NCBI GenBank assembly: GCA_038522255.1
Contig: JBCBKF010000001.1
Span: 1-63,173, forward strand
From: Pseudomonadota bacterium
GTDB taxonomy: Bacteria; Pseudomonadota; Alphaproteobacteria; Sphingomonadales; Sphingomonadaceae
Reading direction: 5' to 3'
Length of the DNA: 63,173 nucleotides
Both the position numbers and the translations under genes were made by a program. Below the pieces are notes generated by a model. The model had not been told where the DNA came from. It saw only the letters and a list, made by a program, of their open reading frames with translations, and ran no database searches. This document shows, one piece after another, positions 27,392 to 39,557 of this stretch. Positions within the stretch are counted from its first letter, which is position 1. Each line of letters begins with the position of its first letter.

Positions 27392-28778
27392 CCGACCGAC
27401 GTTGAATCCGGCGCTGCGTGAATTCTGGGGCGCTAAGACAGTCAACGGCCGACCGGTTCGCAACCGCGTTCTTTATGGCGGCCGGGCATCTTCGAAGTCG
27501 TGGGATGCCGCGGGGTTCGCGACATATCTGGCGAGCAACGCCAAGCTGCGCTTTCTCTGCGTCCGGCAGTTTCAGAACAAGATTGAGGAGTCGGTCTATA
27601 CCCTCCTCAAGCACCAGATTGACCGATTCGGGCTGAATAGCCAGTTTCGGGTGCTCGACAACAAGATCATCGGGCGCAAAACGGGCGCTGAGTTCCTGTT
27701 CTACGGTCTCTGGCGCTCGATTGATGAAATCAAGTCGTTGGAGGGCATTGACGTCCTCTGGATCGAGGAAGGCCACAACCTCACTGAGGATCAGTGGAAG
27801 ATTCTTGAGGCGACGATTCGAAAGCAAGGCTCACAGGTTTGGATCGTCTTCAACCCGCGGCTTGCGACTGATTTCGTCTACAAGCGGTTCGTCGTCAATC
27901 CGCCGCCTGGCACGCTCGTCCGTCGGATCAATTACGACGAGAACTCGTTTCTCTCCGAGACCATGCTTGCCGTCATCGATGCCGCCAAGGCCGAAGACGA
28001 AGACGAGCATGCGCACATCTATCTGGGTGTGCCAAAGGATGACGACGATAGTTCGATCATCAAGCGCTCATGGATCATGGCCGCGCTTGATGCGCACAAG
28101 GCTCTCGGCTTTGAGGCATCCGGCGCCAAGCGAATCGGCTTCGACGTCGCGGATTCTGGCGCGGACAAGTGTGCCAATGTGTTTGCACATGGCTCGGTCG
28201 TTTCCTGGTTGGACGAGTGGAAGGCCGGCGAGGATGAGCTGCTGAAGTCCTGCGGCCGCACATACGCCGCCGCGAAAGAGCGCGACGCCCAGATCATCTA
28301 CGACTCGATCGGCGTCGGCGCCTCTGCCGGCGCGAAGTTCAAGGAAGTCAACGAGACATCGCCCGACCGATTCCCGGTGCGCTACGAGAAGTTCAACGCG
28401 GGCGCGGCCGTGTGGGAGCCTGAGCGCGACTACCAGCCGAACGTGAAGAACAAGGACATGTTTGCCAATCTGAAGGCGCAAGCTTGGTGGATGCTGGCCG
28501 ACCGGTTCCGCAACACGTTCAACGCCATTCGCCGCGGGCAGCAATTCACGGATGACAAGCTCATCAGCATTGCATCGGACTGTCCGCATCTGGACCGCCT
28601 GATCGATGAACTGGCAACGCCCAAGCGCGACTACGACAACAACGGCCGCGTGAAAGTGGAGAGCAAGAAGGATCTCGCCAAGCGCGAGATCGCCTCGCCC
28701 AACCTCGCTGACGCATTCGTCATGTGCTACGCACCTGGCGGCAACAATTTGGATGTGTGGGCCAAACTGGCCGGTTAA
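27378..28778 (+). CDS. terL: Terminase large subunit (PBSX-type)
   Basis: YGGRASSKS Walker A, WIEEG Walker B, FNP, GFDVA and SPNLADA nuclease motifs. Confidence 0.95.
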   Translation: MEQTSRPTLNPALREFWGAKTVNGRPVRNRVLYGGRASSKSWDAAGFATYLASNAKLRFLCVRQFQNKIEESVYTLLKHQIDRFGLNSQFRVLDNKIIGRKTGAEFLFYGLWRSIDEIKSLEGIDVLWIEEGHNLTEDQWKILEATIRKQGSQVWIVFNPRLATDFVYKRFVVNPPPGTLVRRINYDENSFLSETMLAVIDAAKAEDEDEHAHIYLGVPKDDDDSSIIKRSWIMAALDAHKALGFEASGAKRIGFDVADSGADKCANVFAHGSVVSWLDEWKAGEDELLKSCGRTYAAAKERDAQIIYDSIGVGASAGAKFKEVNETSPDRFPVRYEKFNAGAAVWEPERDYQPNVKNKDMFANLKAQAWWMLADRFRNTFNAIRRGQQFTDDKLISIASDCPHLDRLIDELATPKRDYDNNGRVKVESKKDLAKREIASPNLADAFVMCYAPGGNNLDVWAKLAG

Positions 28779-28790
28779 GGAAACCATCAA

Positions 28791-30230
28791 GTGGCAAAGT
28801 CACGTCGAAACAATCGTTCTGGCGTGACGCAGACGCGCGACAGCTTTACCAATGCGCAGGCGCAGCTAGGGTGGGGCACCAACAACCAGGCCTCGGCCTC
28901 GCAATACACGCTCTCCTACCAGAGCCGTAACCGCATCCAGATGGAGGCGGCGTATCGGTCGAGCTGGATTGTCCGCGCTGCCGTTGACGCCATCCCTGAG
29001 GATATGACCCGCTGCGGGATCGAAATGTCGGGCATCGATCCGGATGAGATCACCGCGCTCGAGAACGACATGACGAGCCTGGGCATCTGGGATCGTCTGT
29101 GCGAGAACGGCAAGTGGGCGCGGTTGTATGGCGGCTCTCTGGCCGTGATGCTGATTGAGGGACAAGATCTTTCAACGCCGCTGCGCCCGGAAACGGTAGC
29201 GAAAGGGCAGTTCAAGGGCCTGCTTGTTCTTGACCGCTGGATGATCTCGCCGCCCGTTGGTGATGTTGTGACGGAATATGGCCCCGACATGGGGCGACCG
29301 GTCTTCTACAACGTCATCGCGGACTACGCAGCGATCCCGAAGGCCAATATCCACTATTCGCGTGTGATTCGATTGGATGGTGAAGACCTGCCGTTCTATC
29401 AACGCGTTGCTGAGAACGGCTGGGGCCTGTCGGTCATTGAACCGCTGTGGGATCGCTTGATATCGTTTGACAGCGCGACGGTCGGCGCAGGCCAGCTGGT
29501 CTACAAGGCGCACCTCCGGGTGATGAAGGTCAAGGGCCTACGCGACATCATCGCGATGGGCGGCCCTGCGCTCGCCGGCCTGAAGGCACAGATCGAGTTC
29601 ACGCGGCTGGCGCAGACCAACGAGGGCATGACGGTTCTTGATGCTGACGATGATTTCGCTACGCATCAGTACTCGTTTTCTGGTCTGCCGGATGTACTGA
29701 TCCAGTTCGCGCAGCAGCTTTCGGGCGCGACTGGCATCCCGCTGTCTCGCCTGTTCGGTCAATCGCCGAGTGGCCTGAGCGATACCGGTGAGGGTCCGCG
29801 GCGTCAGTACCACGAGAAGGTCCACCAGAAGCAAGAAAAGGAACTGCGCACGTCGCTGCAGCGCCTGCTGTCGGTGATGTCGATGTCGACGCTCGGGAAG
29901 CCGCTGGATGAGGGCTTTCAGTTCACGTTCCGCACGCTGGACGATGCTCCGGAATCCGAGAAGGCCGACATCTCGACAAAGAAGGTAGACGCGATCACGA
30001 AGGCCGTAGATGCACAACTCCTGAAGCCATCAACGGCTATGAAGGAATTGAAGGCATCCGCGCCAGTGACTGGCATGTTCGGGAACATCACGGATGAAGA
30101 GATCGCCGAGGCCGAGGAGCAGGAGAAGAACGCTCCGCCACCTGGCGAGATGGATTTGCCCGATGTCTCCGGCCTGACCGGTGATTCGGGCAGCGCCCTG
30201 AGTTGGCTGAAACGGTTTCGCCGCAAATGA
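28791..30230 (+). CDS. Portal protein (DUF1073-type)
   Basis: Follows TerL; WARLYGGS, IHYSRVI and GIPLSRLFGQSPSGL motifs. Confidence 0.9.
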   Translation: MAKSRRNNRSGVTQTRDSFTNAQAQLGWGTNNQASASQYTLSYQSRNRIQMEAAYRSSWIVRAAVDAIPEDMTRCGIEMSGIDPDEITALENDMTSLGIWDRLCENGKWARLYGGSLAVMLIEGQDLSTPLRPETVAKGQFKGLLVLDRWMISPPVGDVVTEYGPDMGRPVFYNVIADYAAIPKANIHYSRVIRLDGEDLPFYQRVAENGWGLSVIEPLWDRLISFDSATVGAGQLVYKAHLRVMKVKGLRDIIAMGGPALAGLKAQIEFTRLAQTNEGMTVLDADDDFATHQYSFSGLPDVLIQFAQQLSGATGIPLSRLFGQSPSGLSDTGEGPRRQYHEKVHQKQEKELRTSLQRLLSVMSMSTLGKPLDEGFQFTFRTLDDAPESEKADISTKKVDAITKAVDAQLLKPSTAMKELKASAPVTGMFGNITDEEIAEAEEQEKNAPPPGEMDLPDVSGLTGDSGSALSWLKRFRRK

Positions 30231-30967
30231 TCCTCACCCTTGACCGCAAGCGCGACCGCAATCCGGTCAAGACAGCCAGGATCGAACAGCGGTACGCCGG
30301 CCAGCTTCGAAAGGTTGCTGAACAGGTTGGGTCAATCATCCGACCATTCCAGCCCGGCGACATCAGCCAGGTGCCGACGATCCAGCAATTGCTGAACGCC
30401 TACGCCGACATGCTCAAGGGCTGGGCGACGCAGACGGCGAGCAACATGCTGATGGATGTGGCACTGCGCGATGAGCAGGCATGGCAGATGATGGCGAAGG
30501 AATTGTCGCGCGGGCTGCGTGAAGAGATTCGCAATGCGCCGACTGGCCAAGTGATGAAGGCGTTGCTGGCCGAGCAGGTCACGCTGATCCAGAGCATCCC
30601 GCGCGAAGCGGCGCAACGTGTTCATGAGTTGACCCTCAAGGGGCTGGAGGACTCGACTCGCGCCAACGAGATCGCCAAGGAAATCATGGCATCTGGCGAA
30701 GTCGCGGCATCGCGCGCGACGCTCATAGCCCGCACCGAGACCGCAAGAACCGCATCTGTCCTGACACAAGCGCGAGCCCTGCACATCGGCTGCACGCATG
30801 CGATATGGCGAACCAGTGGCGACGGAGCAGTGCGAAAAGCGCACCGCGAGATGAACGGCAAGACGTTCTCTCTGAGCGATCCGCCATTACTGTCGGATGG
30901 AACCAAGACGTTCCCCGGCCAGATATTCAATTGCAGGTGCTTTTTTGAGCCAGTGCTGGTTGATTAA
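30227..30967 (+). CDS. Minor head morphogenesis protein (SPP1 gp7/Mu F-like)
   Basis: LIARTET, WRTSGDGAVRKAH, PGQIFNCRC. Confidence 0.9.
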   Translation: MILTLDRKRDRNPVKTARIEQRYAGQLRKVAEQVGSIIRPFQPGDISQVPTIQQLLNAYADMLKGWATQTASNMLMDVALRDEQAWQMMAKELSRGLREEIRNAPTGQVMKALLAEQVTLIQSIPREAAQRVHELTLKGLEDSTRANEIAKEIMASGEVAASRATLIARTETARTASVLTQARALHIGCTHAIWRTSGDGAVRKAHREMNGKTFSLSDPPLLSDGTKTFPGQIFNCRCFFEPVLVD

Positions 30968-31056
30968 AGATTTGACGCTACAATGAGCGAGGCCCCGAAC
31001 GACTGCGAATCGTCCGAGGCCTCTAACCACAACCTGATCAAGCGAGGATCACGGCC

Positions 31057-31773
31057 ATGGCTGGCGCCATTGTAGCTCAATTCCCTGTCGTGTCCCGCGC
31101 GGAGGCGAAGGCTCAGGGACTGAAGCAGTATTTCACCGGGAATCCCTGCAAAAAAGGGCACATCTCCCCACGCCTCACGAAATGCACTCACTGCGTCCAG
31201 TGCGAGGCTGAGCGCGCTGTTGCTCGGAAGCCGAAGAAGCAAGAATATCGCAAAGCAAATGCAGAAAGGATTGCGGAATATTCTGCCGCTTACAGGGCCG
31301 CTAATCCAGAGCGCGTAGCCCAATGGAATCGCGAAGCCCGCGAGAGGATGGGGCGGGACGCATGGATTCTTAGAGCCAAGGTGTGGCGGGAGGAAAATCA
31401 CGCTCGCGCATTGGAGTATGACCGCCAGTATCGAATCAACAACCCGGAAAAGGTCAAAGAGGCTCGGCGCAAATGGAATCAGGCGAATCCGGATGCCGTC
31501 GTAGCATTGCGGAATCGACGGAAGGCGAAGAAGGCGGCGGGCGGGAATTACACGACGAAGCAGATAATCGAGTTGCATAAGCGTCAGCGCTATCGTTGCG
31601 CTTCGTGCGGGCGCTCCACGAAGAAGGAGCGCCACGCCGACCACATCATCCCGCTCAAACTCGGCGGCTCCAACGATATCACCAACATCCAGATATTGTG
31701 CCCGTCGTGCAATTTGCGAAAAAACGCAAAGCACCCAATAGATTTCGCGCAAGAGAACGGAAAACTCTTGTAA
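31057..31773 (+). CDS. HNH endonuclease inserted in the head module
   Basis: CASC...HADHIIPLKLGGSN...NIQILCPSCNLRK. Confidence 0.9.
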   Translation: MAGAIVAQFPVVSRAEAKAQGLKQYFTGNPCKKGHISPRLTKCTHCVQCEAERAVARKPKKQEYRKANAERIAEYSAAYRAANPERVAQWNREARERMGRDAWILRAKVWREENHARALEYDRQYRINNPEKVKEARRKWNQANPDAVVALRNRRKAKKAAGGNYTTKQIIELHKRQRYRCASCGRSTKKERHADHIIPLKLGGSNDITNIQILCPSCNLRKNAKHPIDFAQENGKLL

Positions 31774-31792
31774 GCGTTATACCGATCATGAC

Positions 31793-31820
31793 AAGCCCGC
31801 CGCATGCGGGCTTTTTTATT
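31793..31820 (+). terminator. Rho-independent terminator
   Basis: AAGCCCGC-CGCAT-GCGGGCTT then TTTTATT. Confidence 0.75.
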
Positions 31821-31831
31821 GCCCATACCAA

Positions 31832-33241
31832 ATGTCCCACGCGTGCCAATGCAAAGCTTGCGTGAGTAAGCGCGCTCCCACGAAAGACGCAATCACGGCC
31901 AGCGGCATCCTGACAACCGAGCAAATCGGCCCGAAACAATCGCTGACGGTCGCCGGATTTTTGCTCTGTCAGGACGTGCCAATCGCTCGGATCGGCGTGC
32001 AGGAATACGCCGATATTGAATTGCCCGACATAGAACCGGGTGACGACGGAATCATTCTCGTTGAGCGCCACGAAGACGATGTGTTCGATCCCGAGTCGAT
32101 GGCGTCATTCGAAGGCGTGCCGGTCACGATCGAGCATCCACGAGAGCCCGTCACCCCCGACAACTGGGCTGTCTATGCCAAAGGAACCGCGCACAACATC
32201 CGCCGTGGCGAAGGCGAGATGAGCGACTTCCTGATGGCGGACCTTCTCATCATGGATAAGGGCGCGATTCACGACGTCCAGACCAAGCGGCTGCGTGAAA
32301 TATCCAATGGATACGACGCCGCCTATTCGCAGATTTCGCCTGGACGCGCGAGACAGACCGACATCGTCGGAAATCACGTAGCGATGCTTGCTGGTTCCGC
32401 TCGGTGCGGTGAGGCATGCAGCGTCCAAGATTCACTTCCCTCCAAAGGAGCAACCCCCATGGCAACAAAGAAAGGCGCCGAGTCCCTCAAGGACAAGTTG
32501 CGCAAACTCTTCATGACGCGCGACTCGGAAGCCTTCGAAAAGGCGCTCTCCGAAGAGGTGCAGGACGAAGACGGCATGGTCAAGAACGTGCCCGACATCC
32601 ACATCCACGTTCCCGGCGCCGAGAAAATCGGCGGCAACGAAACGCACGATGAAGACGAGCCGACCGATCCCATGGCGAAGGTCATGGATGCGATTAAATC
32701 GGTGGCCGATTCGGTCGCCGCGATCGGCGAACGCGTTTCGAAGCTGGAAGGCGCAAATACCGGTGATTCGCTTGAGGAGCCTGGCAAGAACACCATCGAC
32801 GGCGATGAGGAAGACGTTGATGACGACATGACCGACGACTCGGAAGAGGAAGCCGAGAAGAAGTCGACCAACGATTCCGCCTCGCTGCGCGACGAGTTCC
32901 AGGATGCCAAGGCCCGCGCCGAGATCCTGGCTCCCGGCGTGAAGCTGCCGACGTATGACGCGAAGTCCGAGCGCAAGAAGACGTCGGATTCGATCTGCGT
33001 TCTGCGTCGCCGTGCCCTGAAGGGCGCGCTCACGAACGACAACGCCGCAATCGTCAAGTCGGTTGTCGGTAACGCAGACATCTCGAAGATGACCTGCGAC
33101 GCTGCAGCCATGGCGTTCAATGCCGCGTCCGAGATGGTCAAGGCCAAGAACAAGGGCGTGCGCACCACGACCGCTGATTCCGGCGCCCGCAAGGACATCA
33201 ACCAAATCCACGCCGATTTCTGGGCGAAGTACAAGGTCTAA
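31832..33241 (+). CDS. DUF2213-type prohead protease/scaffold protein
   Basis: VPIARIG, PVTIEHP, EISNGY, NHVAM...RCG; acidic C-terminal part. Confidence 0.88.
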   Translation: MSHACQCKACVSKRAPTKDAITASGILTTEQIGPKQSLTVAGFLLCQDVPIARIGVQEYADIELPDIEPGDDGIILVERHEDDVFDPESMASFEGVPVTIEHPREPVTPDNWAVYAKGTAHNIRRGEGEMSDFLMADLLIMDKGAIHDVQTKRLREISNGYDAAYSQISPGRARQTDIVGNHVAMLAGSARCGEACSVQDSLPSKGATPMATKKGAESLKDKLRKLFMTRDSEAFEKALSEEVQDEDGMVKNVPDIHIHVPGAEKIGGNETHDEDEPTDPMAKVMDAIKSVADSVAAIGERVSKLEGANTGDSLEEPGKNTIDGDEEDVDDDMTDDSEEEAEKKSTNDSASLRDEFQDAKARAEILAPGVKLPTYDAKSERKKTSDSICVLRRRALKGALTNDNAAIVKSVVGNADISKMTCDAAAMAFNAASEMVKAKNKGVRTTTADSGARKDINQIHADFWAKYKV

Positions 33242-33253
33242 GGAGACCCCGAC

Positions 33254-34012
33254 ATGCCTTCGTTGCAAGCTTACACTTTCCGCATGCCGGCCGGTTTCGC
33301 CGGCGACCTCCAACGCGAGGAAGCGGCCACCATTGAAACCCAACAGATCGACCCGGCTACCTACCCGACCGCCTTCGGCGTGCCGGTGAAGCTGGTCAAC
33401 GGCAAAGTACAGCCGATCGCAGCCGCCGACCCCGCGTCGGTGGTCTACGGTTTCAACCTGCGCGCCTATCCGATCCAAGGCAACGGCACCGACCCGCTGG
33501 GCACCTCGACCCCGCCGACCTCCGGCGTTGTGGATGTGCTGGTTCGCGGCTACTGCATGGTCGCGCTGAATGGCGCTACCGCAGCAGCCAAGAACGGCAA
33601 GGTCTACGTCCGTGTGGGCAATGCCTCGGCCGGTAAGCCGATCGGTGGCATCGAAGCCGCAGCCGACAACGCCATCGCCTCTGCTGCCTACGCCGGCAAC
33701 ACCGGTAACGGCACGCTGGGCACCCTGAGCGCACTCGCTGCCGCCCAGCCCGGCGCCTACAACGTCGTCTTCGTCGCCGCGACCAAGTTTGAAGTCTACG
33801 ACCCGAGCGGCAAGTTCGTCGCTGTCGGCACGACCGGCGTGGCGTTCTCGAACCAAGTGCAGTTCACCATCACCGCCGGCGGCACCGCATTCGTGGCCGG
33901 CGACGGCTTCACGGTCACGGTCACGGCCAACACGGTGATCCTGCCGTTCAACACCTACTTCACCGGCCCTGCCGATGCCTACGGCGTCGCCGAAGTCGCC
34001 TGGAACCTGTAA
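33254..34012 (+). CDS. Head decoration/cement protein
   Basis: RMPAGFAG, FGVPV; lies between scaffold and capsid genes. Confidence 0.75.
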   Translation: MPSLQAYTFRMPAGFAGDLQREEAATIETQQIDPATYPTAFGVPVKLVNGKVQPIAAADPASVVYGFNLRAYPIQGNGTDPLGTSTPPTSGVVDVLVRGYCMVALNGATAAAKNGKVYVRVGNASAGKPIGGIEAAADNAIASAAYAGNTGNGTLGTLSALAAAQPGAYNVVFVAATKFEVYDPSGKFVAVGTTGVAFSNQVQFTITAGGTAFVAGDGFTVTVTANTVILPFNTYFTGPADAYGVAEVAWNL

Positions 34013-34037
34013 CCCCTGACGCTTAACAACGTCCCAT

Positions 34038-34060
34038 AGCCCCGCTTCGGCGGGGCTTTT
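34038..34060 (+). terminator. Rho-independent terminator
   Basis: AGCCCCGC-TTCG-GCGGGGCTTTT. Confidence 0.75.
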
Positions 34061-34081
34061 GCTTTTCTGGAGCCCAAATCA

Positions 34082-35137
34082 ATGGACATGTCTGTTCAAA
34101 AATTCCTGAAGCGTCGGGAAGTCGCAGAGGCGTCGCGTAAGCGCATCTACACGACCGACAACATGATGACCTACGACCAGATGACGGTCGACTCGACGGG
34201 TGCATTCCTGATCGGTCAACTGGAACGTCTGGATCAGACCCTGAACGAGCCGCTGGTCGAGTTCACCTGGTCGCGCGACATCGACATCCGCACCGACGTT
34301 TCGCCGGCTGACGAGATCGCATCGTTCACCAACTCGGCATTCGCGATGGCTGGCGGCATGACGCCGGGTGGCCTGAACTGGATTTCGAACGAGGGCAACG
34401 CCATCGCCGGCCCCTCGCTGGACATCGGCAAGACCGGCCAGGCCATGCGCCTGTGGGGTGCTGAAGTCAAGTACACCGTGCCCGAACTGGTGAAGGCCCA
34501 GGCGCTGGGCATGCCGGTGGATGCGCAGAAGGTCGAGGCGATGAACCTCAAGCGCAACATGGACTTGGATCAGCTCGTCTATATCGGCGACTCCACCCTG
34601 AGCGTGACCGGCCTCATCAACAACGTGTCGGTGACGCCGACGGCGCTGCCGAACGGCGCATCGGGCTTCTCGGCATGGACGAAGAAGACGCCGGATGAAA
34701 TCCTCACCGACGTCAACAACATCCTGACGACGACCTGGGCCAACAGCGGCTGGAAGGTTCTGCCGAACCGCCTGATGCTGCCCCCGGCCCAGTACGGCTA
34801 CATCGCCGCTGCCAAGGTGTCGAACGCCGGCAACGTGTCGATCCTGACCTACGTGCTGGAAAACAACATCGCCACCCGCTCGGGCGTGAAGCTGGAAATC
34901 CTCCCGCTCAAGTGGCTGATTGGTGCGGGCGTGGGCGGTACGCAAGGCGTGCTCGGCACGGTTGACCGCATGGTCGCGTACAACAAGGACAAGAAGTATG
35001 TCCAGTACCCGATGACCGAACTGCAGCGCACGCCGCTGGAGTACCGCTCGCTGTTCCAGATCACGACCTATTGGGCGCGATTCGGTCAGGTGGAAGTTCG
35101 CTACTCCACCACGATGGGCTACGCGGACGGGCTGTAA
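34082..35137 (+). CDS. Major capsid protein (DUF2184-type)
   Basis: GAFLIGQLERLD; position and size. Confidence 0.9.
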   Translation: MDMSVQKFLKRREVAEASRKRIYTTDNMMTYDQMTVDSTGAFLIGQLERLDQTLNEPLVEFTWSRDIDIRTDVSPADEIASFTNSAFAMAGGMTPGGLNWISNEGNAIAGPSLDIGKTGQAMRLWGAEVKYTVPELVKAQALGMPVDAQKVEAMNLKRNMDLDQLVYIGDSTLSVTGLINNVSVTPTALPNGASGFSAWTKKTPDEILTDVNNILTTTWANSGWKVLPNRLMLPPAQYGYIAAAKVSNAGNVSILTYVLENNIATRSGVKLEILPLKWLIGAGVGGTQGVLGTVDRMVAYNKDKKYVQYPMTELQRTPLEYRSLFQITTYWARFGQVEVRYSTTMGYADGL

Positions 35138-35139
35138 TC

Positions 35140-35385
35140 ATGGCGAAGGTCATCTTGAAGAGCGCCTTCGCGCTCATCACGGACGACCACCGCCGGCACG
35201 AGTTCGCTCCGGGCGAGCAGGAAATCCCGGACGAACTCGCCGATCATTGGTACGTTTTGGCGCATTGCGAACCCAAACCGGAGGCGTATGATGCTCCGGA
35301 GGTGGTTGCGGAATCCGCCGAGACTCCCGATGAAACGGTGGAAGTCATCGAACCACGCAAGCCCGGTAGGCCTAAGAAGTCATGA
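35140..35385 (+). CDS. Small head-associated protein
   Basis: LADHWYVLAH motif; follows the capsid gene. Confidence 0.7.
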   Translation: MAKVILKSAFALITDDHRRHEFAPGEQEIPDELADHWYVLAHCEPKPEAYDAPEVVAESAETPDETVEVIEPRKPGRPKKS

Positions 35386-35804
35386 CCGTCACATCTGCCC
35401 AGCTACGCAGCGATTTTCCCGAGTTCGCCAACACGGCGACCTATCCGGACACGCTCGTCAATATGTGGCTGACGCTGGCCGCTTCGATGGTGAATGCATC
35501 GCGCTGGGCGGAACTGACCAACCTCGGCATTGAGCTGGTCACGGCGCATCATCTGGCGCTGTCGGCGCGAGATCAACAAGCATCTACCGTGGGCGGCATC
35601 CCTGGTGAAATCAAGGGGCCGACATCCTCCAAGTCGGTCGATAAGGTGTCCGTGTCCTACGATACGAGTGCCGTGTCGCTGACTGATGCGGGCTTTTGGG
35701 GATTGACCTCATATGGCCTGCGATTTCTGACGATCGCTCGCGCGATGGGCGCTGGCGGCTATCAGACGATCGGCAACGCAAACGGAAGCACTTCGCCAAC
35801 ATGA
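35382..35804 (+). CDS. DUF4054-type head-tail connector
   Basis: RSDFPEF, SKSVDKVSVSY, TSYG. Confidence 0.85.
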   Translation: MTVTSAQLRSDFPEFANTATYPDTLVNMWLTLAASMVNASRWAELTNLGIELVTAHHLALSARDQQASTVGGIPGEIKGPTSSKSVDKVSVSYDTSAVSLTDAGFWGLTSYGLRFLTIARAMGAGGYQTIGNANGSTSPT

Positions 35805-36358
35805 GCGCCAAGATCACGATCGACAAGCTAGGCGACGTGATCAAGGCAATCAGTGGACTGGCAAACAAGGATGTGCTCGTCGGAATTCCCGATAGCGCAC
35901 CCGAGCGCACTGACACGCCCATCACGAACGCCCAGATCGGCTATGTGATGGAGACTGGATCGCCGGCGAACAACATCCCGGCGCGACCGTTTCTTGTGCC
36001 CGGCATCGCCTCGGTGCAAGACGAAGTTGCGGCGCGGCTGAGAAAGGGCGCGCTATCCGCTCTGGATGGCTCACAGACTGGCGTTGATACAGCGCTGAAA
36101 CAGGCCGGCATGGTCGGGCAGAACGCCGTGAAGCAGAAGATCACGGACGGCCCATTCGCCCCGCTGTCGCCGCGCACCGTTGCGGAACGCAGGCGAGGGC
36201 GTAAAACGCAGTCCATGCGCAAGAGCGAAAAGGAATACGCGAAGCTGTTGGCGCAAGGCAAGACCGAGCAGGAAGCCCAGGATGCAGCGGGCATCAAGCC
36301 GCTGATCAACACCGGCTCCTTGCGTAACGCGGTCACATACGTGCTGCGCAAGAAGTAA
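35801..36358 (+). CDS. Neck protein
   Basis: VLVGIP, IPARPFL, KPLINTGSL. Confidence 0.8.
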   Translation: MSAKITIDKLGDVIKAISGLANKDVLVGIPDSAPERTDTPITNAQIGYVMETGSPANNIPARPFLVPGIASVQDEVAARLRKGALSALDGSQTGVDTALKQAGMVGQNAVKQKITDGPFAPLSPRTVAERRRGRKTQSMRKSEKEYAKLLAQGKTEQEAQDAAGIKPLINTGSLRNAVTYVLRKK

Positions 36359-36418
36359 CCCAGCATCACCCCAAACACCAAGCCCCGCGAGTCGGGGCTT
36401 TTCCATTTCAGGATTGGC

Positions 36419-36712
36419 ATGGCACTCCCCGCAATCGCACCGACCGGCCAGGCCGATCTGCCGGTAAGCACCACGTCGGCCAATGTTCAGATTCCCGCTG
36501 CAGGCACGCCGACACAGGTTTTGGTATCGAACCTCGGCCCGCTGACGGCGTATGTTGTGCTCGGTACCAGCAATACGGTTGCGGCGACGGTTGATACCGG
36601 CACGCCGATTCTTCCGTACAACAGCCTGCCGATCACGCTTGGCACGAACACTTGGCTGGCTGGCATCACGCAGGGCAATAGCACGGTGCTGCGCCTCACC
36701 GCAGGAACCTGA
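36419..36712 (+). CDS. Small beta-rich virion protein
   Basis: Own RBS after the terminator at 36380-36402; Thr/Val-rich. Confidence 0.6.
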   Translation: MALPAIAPTGQADLPVSTTSANVQIPAAGTPTQVLVSNLGPLTAYVVLGTSNTVAATVDTGTPILPYNSLPITLGTNTWLAGITQGNSTVLRLTAGT

Positions 36713-36714
36713 TC

Positions 36715-37086
36715 ATGCCGTTCCTTGATGTTTCCGATGTCTTGCTCGACCCGGATTTCATGGACAAGACGCTGACGGTCACGCGCAACGCGCAGACAGT
36801 CGGCAATGACGGTAATTCGGTCATCACCTCCACGACGACGCCGTTCTATGGCGTGGTGACGAGCCTGAGCGGTTCTGTGCTGCACCGCGTCGCAGAAGGC
36901 GAGCGCATCAGCGACACGATCACGATCCACTCGCAGTTCAAGCTGATCGACGGACAGTCGGGCTATGACGCCGATGTCATCAACTGGCAGGGACTGCAGT
37001 GGACCGTGACGAACGTGAATGACTATTCGACGTTCGGTAAGGGCTTTGTGTCGGCGACCTGCACTCTCAAGCAACTCTCAGGCTAA
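36715..37086 (+). CDS. Head-tail adaptor
   Basis: MPFLDVSDVLLDPDF; position. Confidence 0.75.
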   Translation: MPFLDVSDVLLDPDFMDKTLTVTRNAQTVGNDGNSVITSTTTPFYGVVTSLSGSVLHRVAEGERISDTITIHSQFKLIDGQSGYDADVINWQGLQWTVTNVNDYSTFGKGFVSATCTLKQLSG

Positions 37087-37089
37087 CCC

Positions 37090-37671
37090 ATGGCGAACGA
37101 TTCCAGCACTGGCGGCTATTTGTCGCCAGCCGTGGCGTCGCCGCCTCTCGAAGATGATGCGCTGACGGCGATCTTTCAACAGATGATCGTCGGCATCACT
37201 GGCCTGCCCGGCAACATGGTGCGCCCGCGGTGGCAGCCTAACCCACCGAAGCAGCCTGAGCCTTTTACAAACTGGTGCGCACTCGGCATCGCAGTCCAGA
37301 CCTTGGACGATGGGCCAGCAATCACTCACAACGGCGCAGGTAACGGCTCGGACACGTACATCCGCCACGAGCAGATAGACGTGCTGGCGTCGTTCTACGG
37401 CCCGGCCGCCATGCAGTACGCGCAGTTGCTTTCCGATGGCTTGGCTATCCCGCAGAACCTTGAGGCACTGAAGGCGCAGGACATGAACAACGTCGATACC
37501 GGACCGATCCGGGCGGCACCTGACCTGATCAACGAGCAATGGATCAGGCGGTATGACGTCGAATTGACGTTTCGCCGCAAGATCACACGCAGCTACGCAG
37601 TGCTCAACATCCTGTCTGCACAAGGCACGGTCCAGACCAATACGGTTACTGGCCCGATCAGTTCCCAGTAA
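37090..37671 (+). CDS. Neck/tail terminator protein
   Basis: ITGLPGNMVRPRWQ, WIRRYD. Confidence 0.75.
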   Translation: MANDSSTGGYLSPAVASPPLEDDALTAIFQQMIVGITGLPGNMVRPRWQPNPPKQPEPFTNWCALGIAVQTLDDGPAITHNGAGNGSDTYIRHEQIDVLASFYGPAAMQYAQLLSDGLAIPQNLEALKAQDMNNVDTGPIRAAPDLINEQWIRRYDVELTFRRKITRSYAVLNILSAQGTVQTNTVTGPISSQ

Positions 37672-37704
37672 CCCGACTCACCCCTTCGACAGCCCCGCCA
37701 CTGA

Positions 37705-39549
<1,845 letters not shown>

Positions 39550-39557
39550 GGTAATCC

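Noticed and set aside
28791-30230. Anti-CBASS Acb1 label sometimes attached to this protein family
   Set aside because: Position after TerL and its motifs identify it as the portal; no phosphodiesterase motif pair was seen
32374-33856. Long antisense ORFs (32432-33856 and 32374-33234; likewise 5151-6245, 6245-7426, 20374-21315, 38473-39516)
   Set aside because: Shadows of well-supported genes in high-GC sequence; no motifs of their own
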